This document shows, in pieces, positions 34,001-46,700 of a stretch of DNA of 64,000 bases. Below the pieces are notes generated by a model, which saw only the letters and a list, made by a program, of their open reading frames with translations, was not told the DNA's origin and made no database searches. Position 1 is the stretch's first letter, and every line of letters starts with the position of its first letter. A program made the translations under genes and the position numbers. The stretch comes from Lingula anatina (Eukaryota; Animalia; Brachiopoda), in contig CM120643.1 of assembly GCA_051362555.1 (NCBI GenBank), forward strand, positions 17,054,848 to 17,118,847, read 5' to 3'.

Positions 34001-37000
34001 AACAGATAGGCCAATTGTCATTAAACTCACAGGAGTGGTCAATCCTGCTAAAACGCAGGTTAAGTTCAAAAATCAGCATAATCAGGCCATTATTTTAGAA
34101 GTTATGCTGTTTTTTACATTTCCTTAGATTCAATTCTTAGGCATGTTAACAGTTTCATTATTTAATTAATAAGATATGTAAAAGTGTTTTTTTGACATTT
34201 CCTGCATCTTTACTACATTGTTAGTTGATTTTGTAAAAATGATGTTAAACTTGTTATTGTGTATTGTGTAATAAAGTTTCAAAAATGGAAATAAACTCAT
34301 ATCATTGCAGTTTGTCAGATTGAATCATTCACTATGTTCAGAATCTCAGAATGGAAGAAATTGGACATTTAACACTATTCTATTGATATTTTTCCCATCT
34401 CATCAATTTTCTTAGTTGATCATATAAAAATGGCAGTAAACTGTTAATTTTGTTTTATGTTAAAAATTGTTAAAAATGGAAATAAACCCATTTCAGAACA
34501 GTGCTGTCTTGTTTACATTTTGGCATTTTCAAGTTGTGGCTTTGAAGTTCCATGGGCCTGAAGACCTTTGCTAGTCACATTTTCTGAATATCCATGATAC
34601 TAATATTTTATTCTTAAAAATTGATGGTCATTATGCTGTTAAACATTATGTAATATTGCATCAAAATTTGAAAAAAACCTATTTTGGGCACTGCTCCCAT
34701 GATGACCAGTTAAGAAAAACCATGTCACTTACTGTTCTCAAACAGTACAGTAAATATGTACAGATGTGTCTGTACATATTGCCATCACCTGCGTCTGTCG
34801 TCGCGGTCATCGCCGTTGCCGGCACCTTGCACTTTCATTGTAAACACGATAAGTGGAAGGCAGTTTTACTTTTGGGCTTTATATTTAAAGAGCTGATGAA
34901 TATTTATAAAACACAGGTCAAGTTCGAAAATCAGGATGATCGGGCCATTATTGTAGAAGTTATTCTTTTTTTTTTCACTTTTCAACATATATGCAACATT
35001 GTAAACACATTTCAAGGAAAACCGATAGGCCTGTTGTCGTGAAACTCTCAGGAGTAATCGATCTTACTAAAACGGAGGTCAAGTTCGAAAATCGGCATGC
35101 AGCCTGAGTTGGAAAAGCAGTCTAATTGGCTTCTTTTTCTGGAAGTTATACATTTTCAAAGTGTGAACTTGAACTCTCATGGGCCTGAAGCCTTATGCTT
35201 GTTACACATTTTACTTTCATTGGTATTACCTGTTGAGCATAATTAAAATTTGATGTTGAATTTACAGTTTAACATAATGTACTTTTGCATCAGAATTGAC
35301 AGTAGCCTATTTTGTGCATAGTTATGTCCTGCTTTTTGTCTGTACATTTGACAGCTTTGCTGCCTTGTTTATATACACTGAAAATTTCCCGCTACATTAC
35401 ATAGTATTTTGATTATTGAAAACAATCTTTTTATGTACAGACACAGATGTGTCTGTACATATTGCCATCACCTGCGTCTGTCGTCGCCGATGCCGATGCC
35501 GATGCCGTCGCCGTGCACTTTCCTTGTAAACACGATAAGTGGAGGGCAGTTTTACTTTTTGGCTTAATATTTACAGAGCTGATGAATATTCATAAAACGC
35601 AGGTCAAGTTCGAAAATCAGCATGATCAGGCCATTTTAAGGGAAGTTATGCTGTTTTTTCACTTTTTTCAGCATATATGCAACCCTGTAAACACATTTTA
35701 AGGAAAACCGTTCGGCCTGTTGTCATGAAACTCACAGGAGTAATCAGTCTTATAAAAACACAGGTCAAGTTCGAAAATCAGCATGATCGGGCCACTGTTT
35801 TAGTAGTTATGCTGTTTTTTTTCATTTTTCAGCATGTATGCAACACTGTAAACACAATTTAAGAAAAACAGATAGGCCAATTGTCATTAAACTCACAGGA
35901 GTGGTCAATCTTATTAAAATGCAGGTCGAGTTCGAAAATCAGCATAATCGGGGCATTATTTTAGAAGTTATGCTGTTTTTTCACATATCCTCCGATTCAA
36001 CTCTTAGGCATGTTAACAATCTCATTATTGAACTAATAAGATACGTAAAAGTGTTTGTTTGACATTTCCTGCATCTTTACAACATTGTTAGTTGATTATG
36101 TAAAAATGATGGTAAACTTGTTATCGTGTATTGTGTAATAAAGTGTCAAAAATGGAAATAAACTCATATCATTGCAGTTTGTCAGATTTAATCATTCACT
36201 ATGTTCAGAATCTCAGAATGGAGGAAATTAGACATTTAACACTATTCTATTGATATTTTCCCCATCTCATCAATTTTCTTAGTTGATCATATAAAAATTG
36301 CAGTAAACTGTTTATTTTGTTTTATGTTAAAAAAAGTGTTAAAAATGGAAATAAACCCATGTCAGAACAGTGCTGTCTTGTTTCACATTTCCTCAGATTC
36401 AATTCTTAGGCATGTTAACAGTCTCATTATTTAACTAATAAGACATGTTAAAGTGTTTGGTTGACATTTCCTGTATCTTTACAACATTATTAGTTGATTA
36501 TGTAAAACTGATGGTAAACTTGTTATCATGTATGGTGTAATAAAGTTTCAAAAATGGAAATAAACTCATATCATTGCAGTTTGTCAGATGCAATCATTCA
36601 CTATGTTTAGAATCTCAGAATGGAGGAAATTGGACATTTAACACTGTTGTATTTATATTTTCCCCATCTCATCAATTTTCTTAGTTGATCATATAAAGAT
36701 GGCAGTAACCTGTTAATTTTGTTTTATGTTAAAAAAATTGTTAAAAATGGAAAAAAAACATTTCAGAACAGTGCTGTCTTTTTTACATTTTGGCATTTTC
36801 AAGTTGTGACTTTGAAGTTCCATGGGCCTGAAGACCTTTGCTAGTCACATTTTCTGAATATCCATGATACTAATATTTTATTATTAAAATTGATGGTCAT
36901 TATGCTGTTAAACATTATGTAATATTGCATCAAAATTTGAAAAAACCTATTTTGGGCACTGCTCCCATGATGACCATTTAAGAAAAACAATGTCACTTAC

Positions 37001-39352
37001 TGTTCTCAAACAGTACAGTAAATATGTACAGATGTGTCTGTACATATTGCCATCACCTGTATCTGCCGTCCTCGCCGTCACTGTCGCCGGCGCTGGTGCC
37101 GTGCACTTTCATTGTAAACATGATAAGTGGAAGGCAGTTTTACTTTTTGGCTGTATATTTACAGAGCTGATGAATATTCATAAAACGCAGGTCAAGTTCG
37201 AAAATCAGCATGATCGGGCCATTTTAAGGGAAGTTATGCTGTTTTTTTTTTAACTTTTCAGCATATATGCAACACTGAAAACACATTTCAAGGAAAACTG
37301 ATAGGCCTGTTGTCATGAAATTCACAGGAGTAATCGATCTTATTATAACGCAGGTCAGGTTCGAAAATCGGCATGATCAGGCCACTGTTTTATTATTATT
37401 TTATTAGTTATGCTTTTTTCTTCACTTTTCAGCATATATGCAACACAGTAAATACAATATAAGAAAAACAGATACGCCAATTGTCATGAAACCCACAGGA
37501 GTGGTCATTCCTGCTAAAACGCAGGTTGAGTTCAAAAATCAGCTTAATCGGGCCATTTTTTTAAAGAAATGCCGTTTTTTCACATTTCCTCAGATTCATT
37601 TCTTAGGCATGTTAACAGTTTCATTATTTAATTAATAAGATACATAAAAGTGTTTGTTTGGCATTTCCTGCATCTTTACAACATTATTAGTTGATTTTGT
37701 AAAAATGATGGTAAACTTGTTATCGTGTATTGTGTAATAAAGTTTCAAAAATGGAAATAAACTCATATCATTGCAGTTTGTCAGATTCAATCTAGTTATT
37801 TCCTGTTTTTTGTCTGTACATTTGACAGCTTTGCTGCCTTGTTTTGGTTGAGTGTATTAGTCAAGTGAACTTTAAATGTGAAATTGTATCATTTTAAGCT
37901 CAGTAAACTATTTATTTTTTTTTGTCATTGTCTCAAGTTTTTGTTTTGCAGTTATTGGCAGTGATGGGTTATCCTTATTTATTTTTATTTATTTCAGGGT
38001 TATTTTAGCCATTACAGACTTGGGCAGGTGGACATCAATGCTTTGGCCAGAGGAGAGAAAAGAAAAAGAAAAAGCAAGTTTTTTTTAATAGTGTGTTATT
38101 ATCCATTTTTGAGTGAGACACTGGTCTCAATCAAAAATGCTTGGATAAATTGTGTGTGTGTTTGTGGGGGGGGGGGGGGGGGGGGGTCCAATGTGTTTGT
38201 GTGTGTAGATATGGGGGTAGGTAGCAGCATTATCTTTTTACTAAATATGAACACTACCTCAGGTCAATTATTCAGCAGAATGCAACTTTTTTTGTTGAAA
38301 TAACCTCAACTAAGGTGGAAATGGGGCTCTTTTTCTTTGAGCAACCTGACTTGGGTCACTGATTGAAGAGAAATTAAGTAGGATATATAATATCCTATTG
38401 TATCACATAACTGATGAATGTTTTTGATAATTGCCAAGATTAATTTAGATTGGCCAGAGAAAATGGATTTTTGTGTTTTACCAATATCATTGATGAGCTT
38501 AACTAGTTCTGTAAGTGAAAATAAAAGTCAAATAGCTGAACTTCAGTATGTTCTGCTGTGTCAATTTTTTATAGATGGGTCTATTTATATATTTATCCTC
38601 CTTAGTTGAAGAAGAGGAAGAAGTTTTGGATGAGAGAATAACCTATGAGAACATAAAGGACAAACAAAGGAGTAAGAAAATACTTCAGGATACATTTGGT
38701 TCCAATGAACAGCCATCTTTGGAAAGGTTGGAATATAAGGTAACCATATACTATTGGTATATATGTTAAGGTTTCAGTCAGAGAGGTCACAGAACATCTG
38801 ATTATGCTTGGTTCTTGGTAAAGCCCCCTTTACACTGGATGGCGTCCTTTCTGCGTCCAGCAGTACGGCCCCATTTGAGAGTTAAAAAATTATAATACTT
38901 TACGTGTCGACAACTGGCCGATCATTGAGCATTCATTCTGATACAAAATCAATGCTCGTGCCTCCTTATTAAGACCACAGCAATGCCAAATTTCATGGTC
39001 GCAGAAAGGACGCCGTCCAGTGTCAAGGGGGTATTAATAAGTGACATACATCGCTTTCTTCTTCTCACTGTTATAGTCTAAATCTTAAATAGAATGTAAA
39101 CTGAAATGTTCTTTTTTCCCCCCAAAGATGGAGACCAATTTCCGTGGGGGTAACTGTGCACCCCATTTTGCTAAGAACAAGGAGCCGTTCCGCTGCCGGG
39201 TTAAATTTGAGGGTCGCAATGTATTAGAGGGCATAAAGAACCTAGGAAAAGCTGGGTATGCCACACTGCCTCTTCCTGCCCATCTAGCTAGAGTGCCCTC
39301 TTTAGCAAAGAACACCATCATACTTGGTAACAAGAAAAGCAAAAGACAGTAA
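28099..39352 (+). CDS. CENPN: Centromere protein N; exons approx. 28099-28266, 28607-28655, 30699-30757, 31401-31477, 32081-32245, 32461-32562, 37998-38073, 38606-38739, 39128-39352
   Basis: N-terminus LKKTLVRLRRDELEKTLKKW, ALWVRIYIH...VYAVYYPHSP, and C-terminus METNF...EPFRCRVKFEGRNVLEGIKNLGKAGYATLPLPAHLARVP parallel human CENP-N in order; splice sites flank each segment. Confidence 0.9.
29305..30291. mobile_element. Non-autonomous TIR element, TA TSD, related to 24459-26269
   Basis: TA|CTCTGAAGTATCGAATAAA ... TTTATTTGATACTTCAGAG|TA; subterminal GTACTGGGTGGAA repeats. Confidence 0.85.
30780..30925. repeat. Short tandem duplication containing (TG)n and poly-G
   Basis: TAGAAT.GTAT..TATATTTATAGAAATGTGTG..TATGGGGG..CAGATAACATG occurs twice. 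Confidence 0.8.
32710..35370 (+). mobile_element. HINE/DINE-1-like non-autonomous element, copy 1
   Basis: T-run start; hairpin ATGTACAGACACAGATGTGTCTGTACAT; (GCCGAT)n short repeat; internal ~135-bp and ~1.1-kb repeats; ends TGTCTGTACATTTGACAGCTTTGCTGCCTTGTTT. Confidence 0.75.
35428..37844 (+). mobile_element. HINE/DINE-1-like non-autonomous element, copy 2
   Basis: Same termini and modules as 32710-35370. Confidence 0.75.
38824..39032. mobile_element. MITE with ~35-bp TIRs
   Basis: CCCCCTTTACACTGGATGGCGTCCTTTCTGCG versus CGCAGAAAGGACGCCGTCCAGTGTCAAGGGGG. Confidence 0.8.
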
Positions 39353-40714
39353 CAGCATGGTCAGTAAGAATGGCATGATGCAGCAGAGGGGGATGCTGTA
39401 CATAGGTGGGAATGTATTCAAAGTTGATGAAGTACATATCTAAAAGTTTCAAGATCATGAAAGTCAGCAGGGCATGTTGTGAACAGAGATTTCATGTTTT
39501 ATAGACAGAGAAAGTGATTTGTTGATTTGTAATCTCAATAAATACGATAAGGTAATTGATTGGCATCATTACCAGTATTGCAGTAGTTCAGGAGTTTCAG
39601 AAACAGTATGGGGAAACCTATTCATTTCCATATTTTTACATGTGCAAAAATGGAGATATGAAGAAACTGGGACACTTTAAAACTGCACCTTGGGGTACAC
39701 AACCACTCTGTCAAGTACCAACTTTGGAAATACTCTTTTAAAGATTTAAAGATAATTTAGACTCACTTAAGCAGAGTGAATGATTACAGGCATTTGGAAC
39801 AATGTTACTTTTATTTGCAAGTTTAGTTTGGGAGTAAATTAAAGAACAGAGGTAGATTTAAGACCTGTGGGTTTTCATTGTGTTTTATGCAAGTATCTAC
39901 CAGCCTTTGCTGCTTGCTTCAGTGATTTTAAAAAAATTGTTTCCCTCATTTATATAGATATATGAGAACAAACATTTATATCACAGAAAATTTTCTTTTT
40001 AGAATTTTTTGAGATGTCAATTTTAAAATGTTCATGCAAACAGCAAATTTCACAGACTGGTATCTTTGTGATGCTTCCAAGGCAAAATGTACAAAGATTG
40101 ATAAATACCAAATTGTACTTATACATGCCATAATTAGTAAACCGTTTTACTATACTGCCAGAGAATTTGATCATGTGTGTAGTATTATTGTTTTGAACAT
40201 CAGTTGAATAAAATATAGCTCAGTCTAGTGTTTTACATTTACTTTGACATTTTTAGACTGTCAGCTCTAAAACATGAATTAATTGAAATGGTACTTTTTA
40301 TTTGAAGATATTTATGTTAAATAAAGAGATGTATATATTTCCAGTGCCAAGTGTTATAATTGTTTCACCAGAAAGCCACTGGAACCAGATATTTAAAATA
40401 TTAAAGTGTCTTTACTACAAAGTCAATATTTGCCTAATTTTTCTGTGTAAAATCCCCAACTTTTAATCTTTTCAAAAAAAAAAAAATATTATTTTGATTT
40501 CATAGATTTGCATTTTACACTTTGTAATTTGTGTATGTGTACTGACTTCTTTAAAAAATACCCCAGCTGGACACATTTCCCATTAAGCAAAATAACAACT
40601 TTAACTTCAACATGATTTTTAAAATCATGAAAAAATAGACATACTCTTCAACCAAAGTAAATTATTTAAAACATTTTTCAGTCTCCAGCAAATACCCCCC
40701 CCCCTCCCCCAAAA

Positions 40715-43700
40715 TCACGGCGGACATATATCATGAGTTCCAACTGCCATATATAGCCAGTAGTCTTCACTTGGAAATAAAACGAATGTATACAAGTTTT
40801 CTCCTCCCTTGTGGTGGCCGTGTTCATTTCTCTTCCAGGAGACGGGGGAGTCTGTAAACCCGTGGACTGTCACACAAGCCCAGGGGGATGTGGAAGATTT
40901 CATGTAGTCTCTGGAAAAAAAAGTGACATTAAAAAAAAGGACAGAGTTAAATATTTTATAAATGTACATCAAACTGGGTAACTGAGTAATTTAAAACAAA
41001 AACAAGAAAATTTGGAATATCATACTAGGCTGGTATGTGTTTCTATGCTGCTGTCATATGTGAATCCTGTTCCCATACCTTAAACTTTCTATCAGGCAAC
41101 TTATAGTTCCAGGCAAAATAAAACCCCTGTATTTACACTGACAGCAGCTTGGAGAGATGGACACAGGGTCTGGACATGAGAACGTGGAGAGGAAGTCATC
41201 TGGAGAACCATCACTGAAAGGACGTATGTTTTTGATATTAAAATTTTAGATATTCTTTTGATGAACTAAAAATACTCATTGCCACTACCACTGGATTGTA
41301 ACTAATTTAAATTTTTGATGTAAATGCACTTTCATGCTAGAAAAAGTTTTGATACCTTTACACATAGTTTGCTTTGATCTGGGGTACAAATACACCTTTT
41401 GTAAATTACATAAAAAGTACATGAAATTTACTTTAAGACGTTTATCTCTGAATGTTTGACAGAAATAATTATGCTGTACTTTTGTTTATCCTGACACGTA
41501 CCAGTCAAGTCCACATGTGAATGCTCCAAGCCACTCCCAGAATTCTGTATATGAACAGAGAAAATCTCCACTTTCAAGCTGTCCATCAGACTTGGTCCCG
41601 CCCTTCTTCTGTTCATCATACTTTGTGCTGCTTGTGATAGGGCAGTCATTGTCACTGTTCCTGCCTTCACCATGTCCATCAAAGTCATTACTGTCTATGA
41701 CAGGATACTTAACATCCTTTTTGAAAGTGATTTCCTCACTCACTTTGAAGGCTCTACTGCGAAACCCCTTGTTACAAAGATACGCAGGGACTGAGCTCTG
41801 TGAGATTTGGTCTTCTGCATGAAATTAGAAACAAACAACATTGATTGAAATTTATAATTTCTCAATAAGGCTTCAAACTTTTTTATAGTCAGTTATCATA
41901 TACATCTGAGGTAACTTGGCATATATTCTATTCATTGCATCAAAAAGTGGAACTAATATTCAAAATTTAAGGATTCACGTATAGATGTGTAGGGTTGTGC
42001 ACATCATAAATATCATTATTATACTATTATATTATACTGATTATCAATTTGTTAGCAACAAAAAAGGTTCAAAATCCTACATGTACATACATTCTATCCC
42101 TAGGTGTATTTGTAAATTTTGAATTAATTAAAATCAATAGGCACTAATCTTTAAAAAAAAAAAAAAAGTCAAATTAAGGATTGGTTTTAGGCTAAGACAA
42201 CAATTTTCAACTACTAAATGTAGAATAAGTTCAGGAAAGTAAGCACGTGTAATATATATAAGTAATCATTTTTCAGCTGTGGTATGCATATGTATCCTTA
42301 CCATGTGGCAGCCATGCAACAAGAAAGTCAAAAACAAGGCCCAGTCGGTCAGTAAGGCACCACTTAACTCGCTCATAATAATTTTTTCCAGGAGTGAAAT
42401 ATTCTTCAGTAAGGTTTATTTCTACAACTGATAAAATAGACAAATACAACATGAATATTAAATCAAACATTTCCAATATTTTTAATAATTTTTAACATTT
42501 CTAATTATTTCATGATTTTTTCAATTCTTTTATAATTATTATTTTTATTTTGTTCTATTTTTAAATCAAACAGCCAAAGTGTTGTTGTAGTTGAAGCATA
42601 AAAAATCATACAAATTTATATTTCTGAAGATTAAATGAAATTATCTGGAAAGATTTAGACTGGCCAAAAGGCTCTGTTCTGCTTGGCCAGCATTTCGTGT
42701 CCAAGTTAGATTGAAGGATAATAAGAATAAGGACGCATTCAGAAGAAGTTGATTCACAGACTAACAGATCTACGGATCAAATATGGCCAACCAACCTTAA
42801 AGCTTGCTACATAATCCCCTAGTAGATACTGAAAAATTTCCCCAAGGGCTATACTTGGTAAGTTTTCAAATGGATCAGCCATATTCGAGCTGCAGATCTG
42901 TTAACTTTGGTTATAAATGTCACCTAAATAATTTCAAATTTAGATACAAAAAACATGAGTTATATATATAGATATGTATTTTATACACCAAAATGTTTTT
43001 TCTAAATGAAGAAAGTTGTGCAGAAAATTAACATAAGGCTCACCATATTTTGTTGGTAACTTCTTTTGAAAGACTGTGGGTTTTCCTACCAAGCCTAATT
43101 CTTGGTATGTGTCTTTGGTCAGGTTTAAAATGAGAATCCCTGAAAGATAGGTTGGTCTAAGTACTAGTAAATAAAAATATTCACAGAAAAAAGTTGAAAT
43201 ATAAACATAAAAAAAACACTAAACTGTCACAAATAGACTACATAATCAAATGCAATTTGTTTCAATTATTCCATATGACCTACATTGCTTGAATTTTAAC
43301 ATTATATTGGTTCGATTTCTGTATCACAAGGATTACAAAAATGCCACTGAGTCAAAACATGTATGTTTCACGTAGAATATTATATAGTAGTAAAAATTAT
43401 GAAGTTAAATGTTAGAAAATCACCATTATATATTTTTTTGTTATACATCAAAATCTAAAGGTCAACGCAAACTTTTGTCTACAGATTTGTTCACTTACCT
43501 GGTGGAACAATAGCAACGCAATTGTCCCTGTCAATGGCAGTGCCATATGAGAGCATGTAGAGCTTTCCTGGGAAGAAATGTGGTATGACATAAAATGTTT
43601 AATATTTCAAAACTTTTTCCTGTTGCATCTAAAACTGTCTTAATTGTACTGACATTAACACAGTCTCTGTTATGGTTCTTAACACTATCGGTCAAGCTTA

Positions 43701-46700
43701 TAGTAACCCCAACCTCTGTCATCAATTATCATTAAATAGCACTCTCACTAATGTAGTATAAACACACTTGACAGCAGTGATCCCTCTGATCAGTAGACAC
43801 ACAATGTATTTATATCAGCACACTTAGAAATAAAGTTAGTTGTTGTAGTCGAGTCCTTCCTGGAGTTGTTTCATGGTGTCAGAAGTACGTGACTGTGTTT
43901 TATAACAATACAGTGAGCCAACGCTGATAACCAGTTGATAAAAAAGTCTTTCCACATGGAGCTGGGAGCTTTACCAGTACCTGCCATGAACTGGCATGCT
44001 ACCGATGCAGTTCAGGAGTACAAGAAGTTCAAACAGATGTGCGAGTTATACTTTGATGGTCCACTAAAGAACAAATCTAAGACTGAAAAGATTGCGTACC
44101 TCCAGATATGGGCTGGAGAGACTGGACGAGACCTAGTTAGCACATGGAACTTGACTGGGGATGAGTCTAAGGAATTAAAAACCTACTTTGACAAATTTGA
44201 AGAATTTGTTAAGCCTAAAAGCAATTTTAGACTAGCCAGATTTAAGCTGAGGACCCTTACGCAAGGTAACGGGGAAACTGTAGATCAATTCTTGAAGAGA
44301 ATTCGTTCTCTGGTCAGCGAGTGCAAGTATACCCAACCAGATGAACAATTACTTGACACGCTCATTTTTGGATGCAAATCAGCCCGCACGCAGTCCAAAT
44401 TACTGGAATTGGGTGAAACTCTGTCATTGGACAAGGCGATCGACATTGCAAGAACTCAGGAAGCAACCTCGCAGCAACTCACAGACATCAATCGAGACGC
44501 CCAGGTCCATGCAGTCAAGCACAACAAATCGTTTCGCCCTAAACCTACATTTAAAGGGACACATAAGAAGAGAGAAACTTCTACCATGGCCTCAAAGTGC
44601 CACCCCACAATGGAAAATCAGTGCAATAACTGTGGAACCAAACATGATCGTAGTAAAAGAGAGCTGTGCCCAGCATACGGGTCCACATGCTTTGGCTGTG
44701 GGGAAACTTAACCACTGGAGAAAGTGCTGCCGCTCCGAGCACAAGCAGTCCACAATTCATCATGAAAACAGGCCACACAGACACGCCGTCACTCCCAAGC
44801 AGCAAATGCATAGAGTGCATGCCTGCAGCGAAGACGACTGTGAGCCACAAGAGAGCAACGAGCTATATTTTAGCCCAATATACGTGGGCAGCATTGAAAG
44901 CAAGCGTGCTTTCATTAACCTGAAAATCAGCTCTAAGCAAAACAGTATCACTTTTCCGTGCAAAGTTGATACTGGTGCCGATGGAAAACTAATCACGAAG
45001 AAAGACTATGCCAAATTATGCCCTAATAATACCAATTTGAAACCGTCTGGCGTCAAAATTGTAGCCTTTGGTGGTCAACGCATACCTCATTATGGATCAT
45101 GCACCTTGACACTGACGTATGGAGGTTCAAATACTGAGCATCAATTTCACGTTGTCGAAACCAATGGGCCGACTATCCTAGGCATAGACACCTGCCAGAA
45201 ACTAGGCTTAGTTACACTTAACTATGCTGTTGATCTGGAGGACATACAGCACTCCAATGCTAACAATGCACTTCTGGAACAGTACCCCGACTGTTTCCAA
45301 GGCATTGGCTGTTTTAAAGGGGAATACCACATTACCCTTGATCCCTCGGTGCCACCAGTGGTGCATCCACCACGCCGTGTACCAGTAGCGTTACGTGAGC
45401 CTCTCAAAACGGAGCTTGAGTCTCTTGAAAAGAAAGGCATCATCGCTAAAGTAGAGGAGCCAACAGACTGGGTCAATTCGTTAGTCTGTGTCACGAAGGC
45501 TGATGGCAGCATACGCCTGTGCTTAGACCCAAAAGATCTAAATGCCGCGATAAAAAGGCCACATCATCGAATCCCAAGCTTTGACGAAATTTTACCAAGG
45601 CTTAGCAGAGCCCGCTATTTTTCAATTCTGGATGCTCGTAGTGGTTACTGGAACATTAAACTTGACCATGAGAGTTCACTGTACACCACTTTCAATTCAC
45701 CTCACGGTCGATACTGTTTCCTACGACTTCCATTTGGCCTTGTATGCGCCCAAGATGTTTTCCAGAAGAAGGTAGATGAAGCCTTCGGAGACCTAGATGG
45801 AATTACAGGAATCATTGACGACATCGTTGTACATGGGAAAACCAAAGAGGAGCACGACAGGAATTTGCATCTCCTCATGGATCGTGCCAGAAAAATAGGC
45901 ATCCGTTTCAATCCAGATAAAATGCGCATCAGATGTAGCGAAATTCCATTCTTTGGAAACATACTCAGTTCGGAAGGTCTACAACCTGACCCGAAGAAAG
46001 TGGAATCCATCCACAGCATGGATCCGTCCAGCAACCTCGCCGATCTTCAAACGTTTCTTGGCCTCACCCAGTACCTCAGCAGGTTCATACCCAACCTGGC
46101 TTCCATTTCAGCAGTACTGTGGGACTTAACTAAGAGCAAGAATGAGTTCGTTTGGAGCCCAGAGCATCACGCTGCAGTAGAGAAAATCAAATCTGTCATC
46201 ACCTCACCAGAAACATTGCAATATTTTGACAGTAGCAAACCTGTAACGATTCAGGTTGACGCGTCGCAGCCTCGGCGCCACTTTGATGCAGAACAATCGC
46301 CCTGTCGAATACAGGAGCAAATTACTAACAGAAACCGAGATGCGGTATTCAAACATAGAGCGTGAAATGCTTGCAGTTGTACATGGATTAGAGAAGTTCC
46401 ATTACTACGCTTATGGCCGTAAAGTCACTGTTGAAAGTGATCATAAGCCTCTCCAATCCATATTCCAGAAACATGTGAACAATGCACCTCCCAGAATCGC
46501 AAGGATGATGTTGCGCATTCAGAAATATGATGTAACAATCAAATATGTGCCAGGAAAGAACATTCCAATCGCTGATGCTCTTTCCAGATTGTCAAAATGC
46601 GAAGGTGACACCATTCAAGGTGTAGATGTCACAGTGCATGAGATCGACATGCAGCTGAATGCAAGCCCCACCAGACTAAAGCAGATCCGAGAAGAAACGT

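Noticed and set aside
44698-44711. Programmed -1 frameshift at GGGAAAC between gag and pol
   Set aside because: Pol is in the +1 frame relative to gag and the shift cuts a CCHC knuckle in half, which fits a 1-bp insertion better
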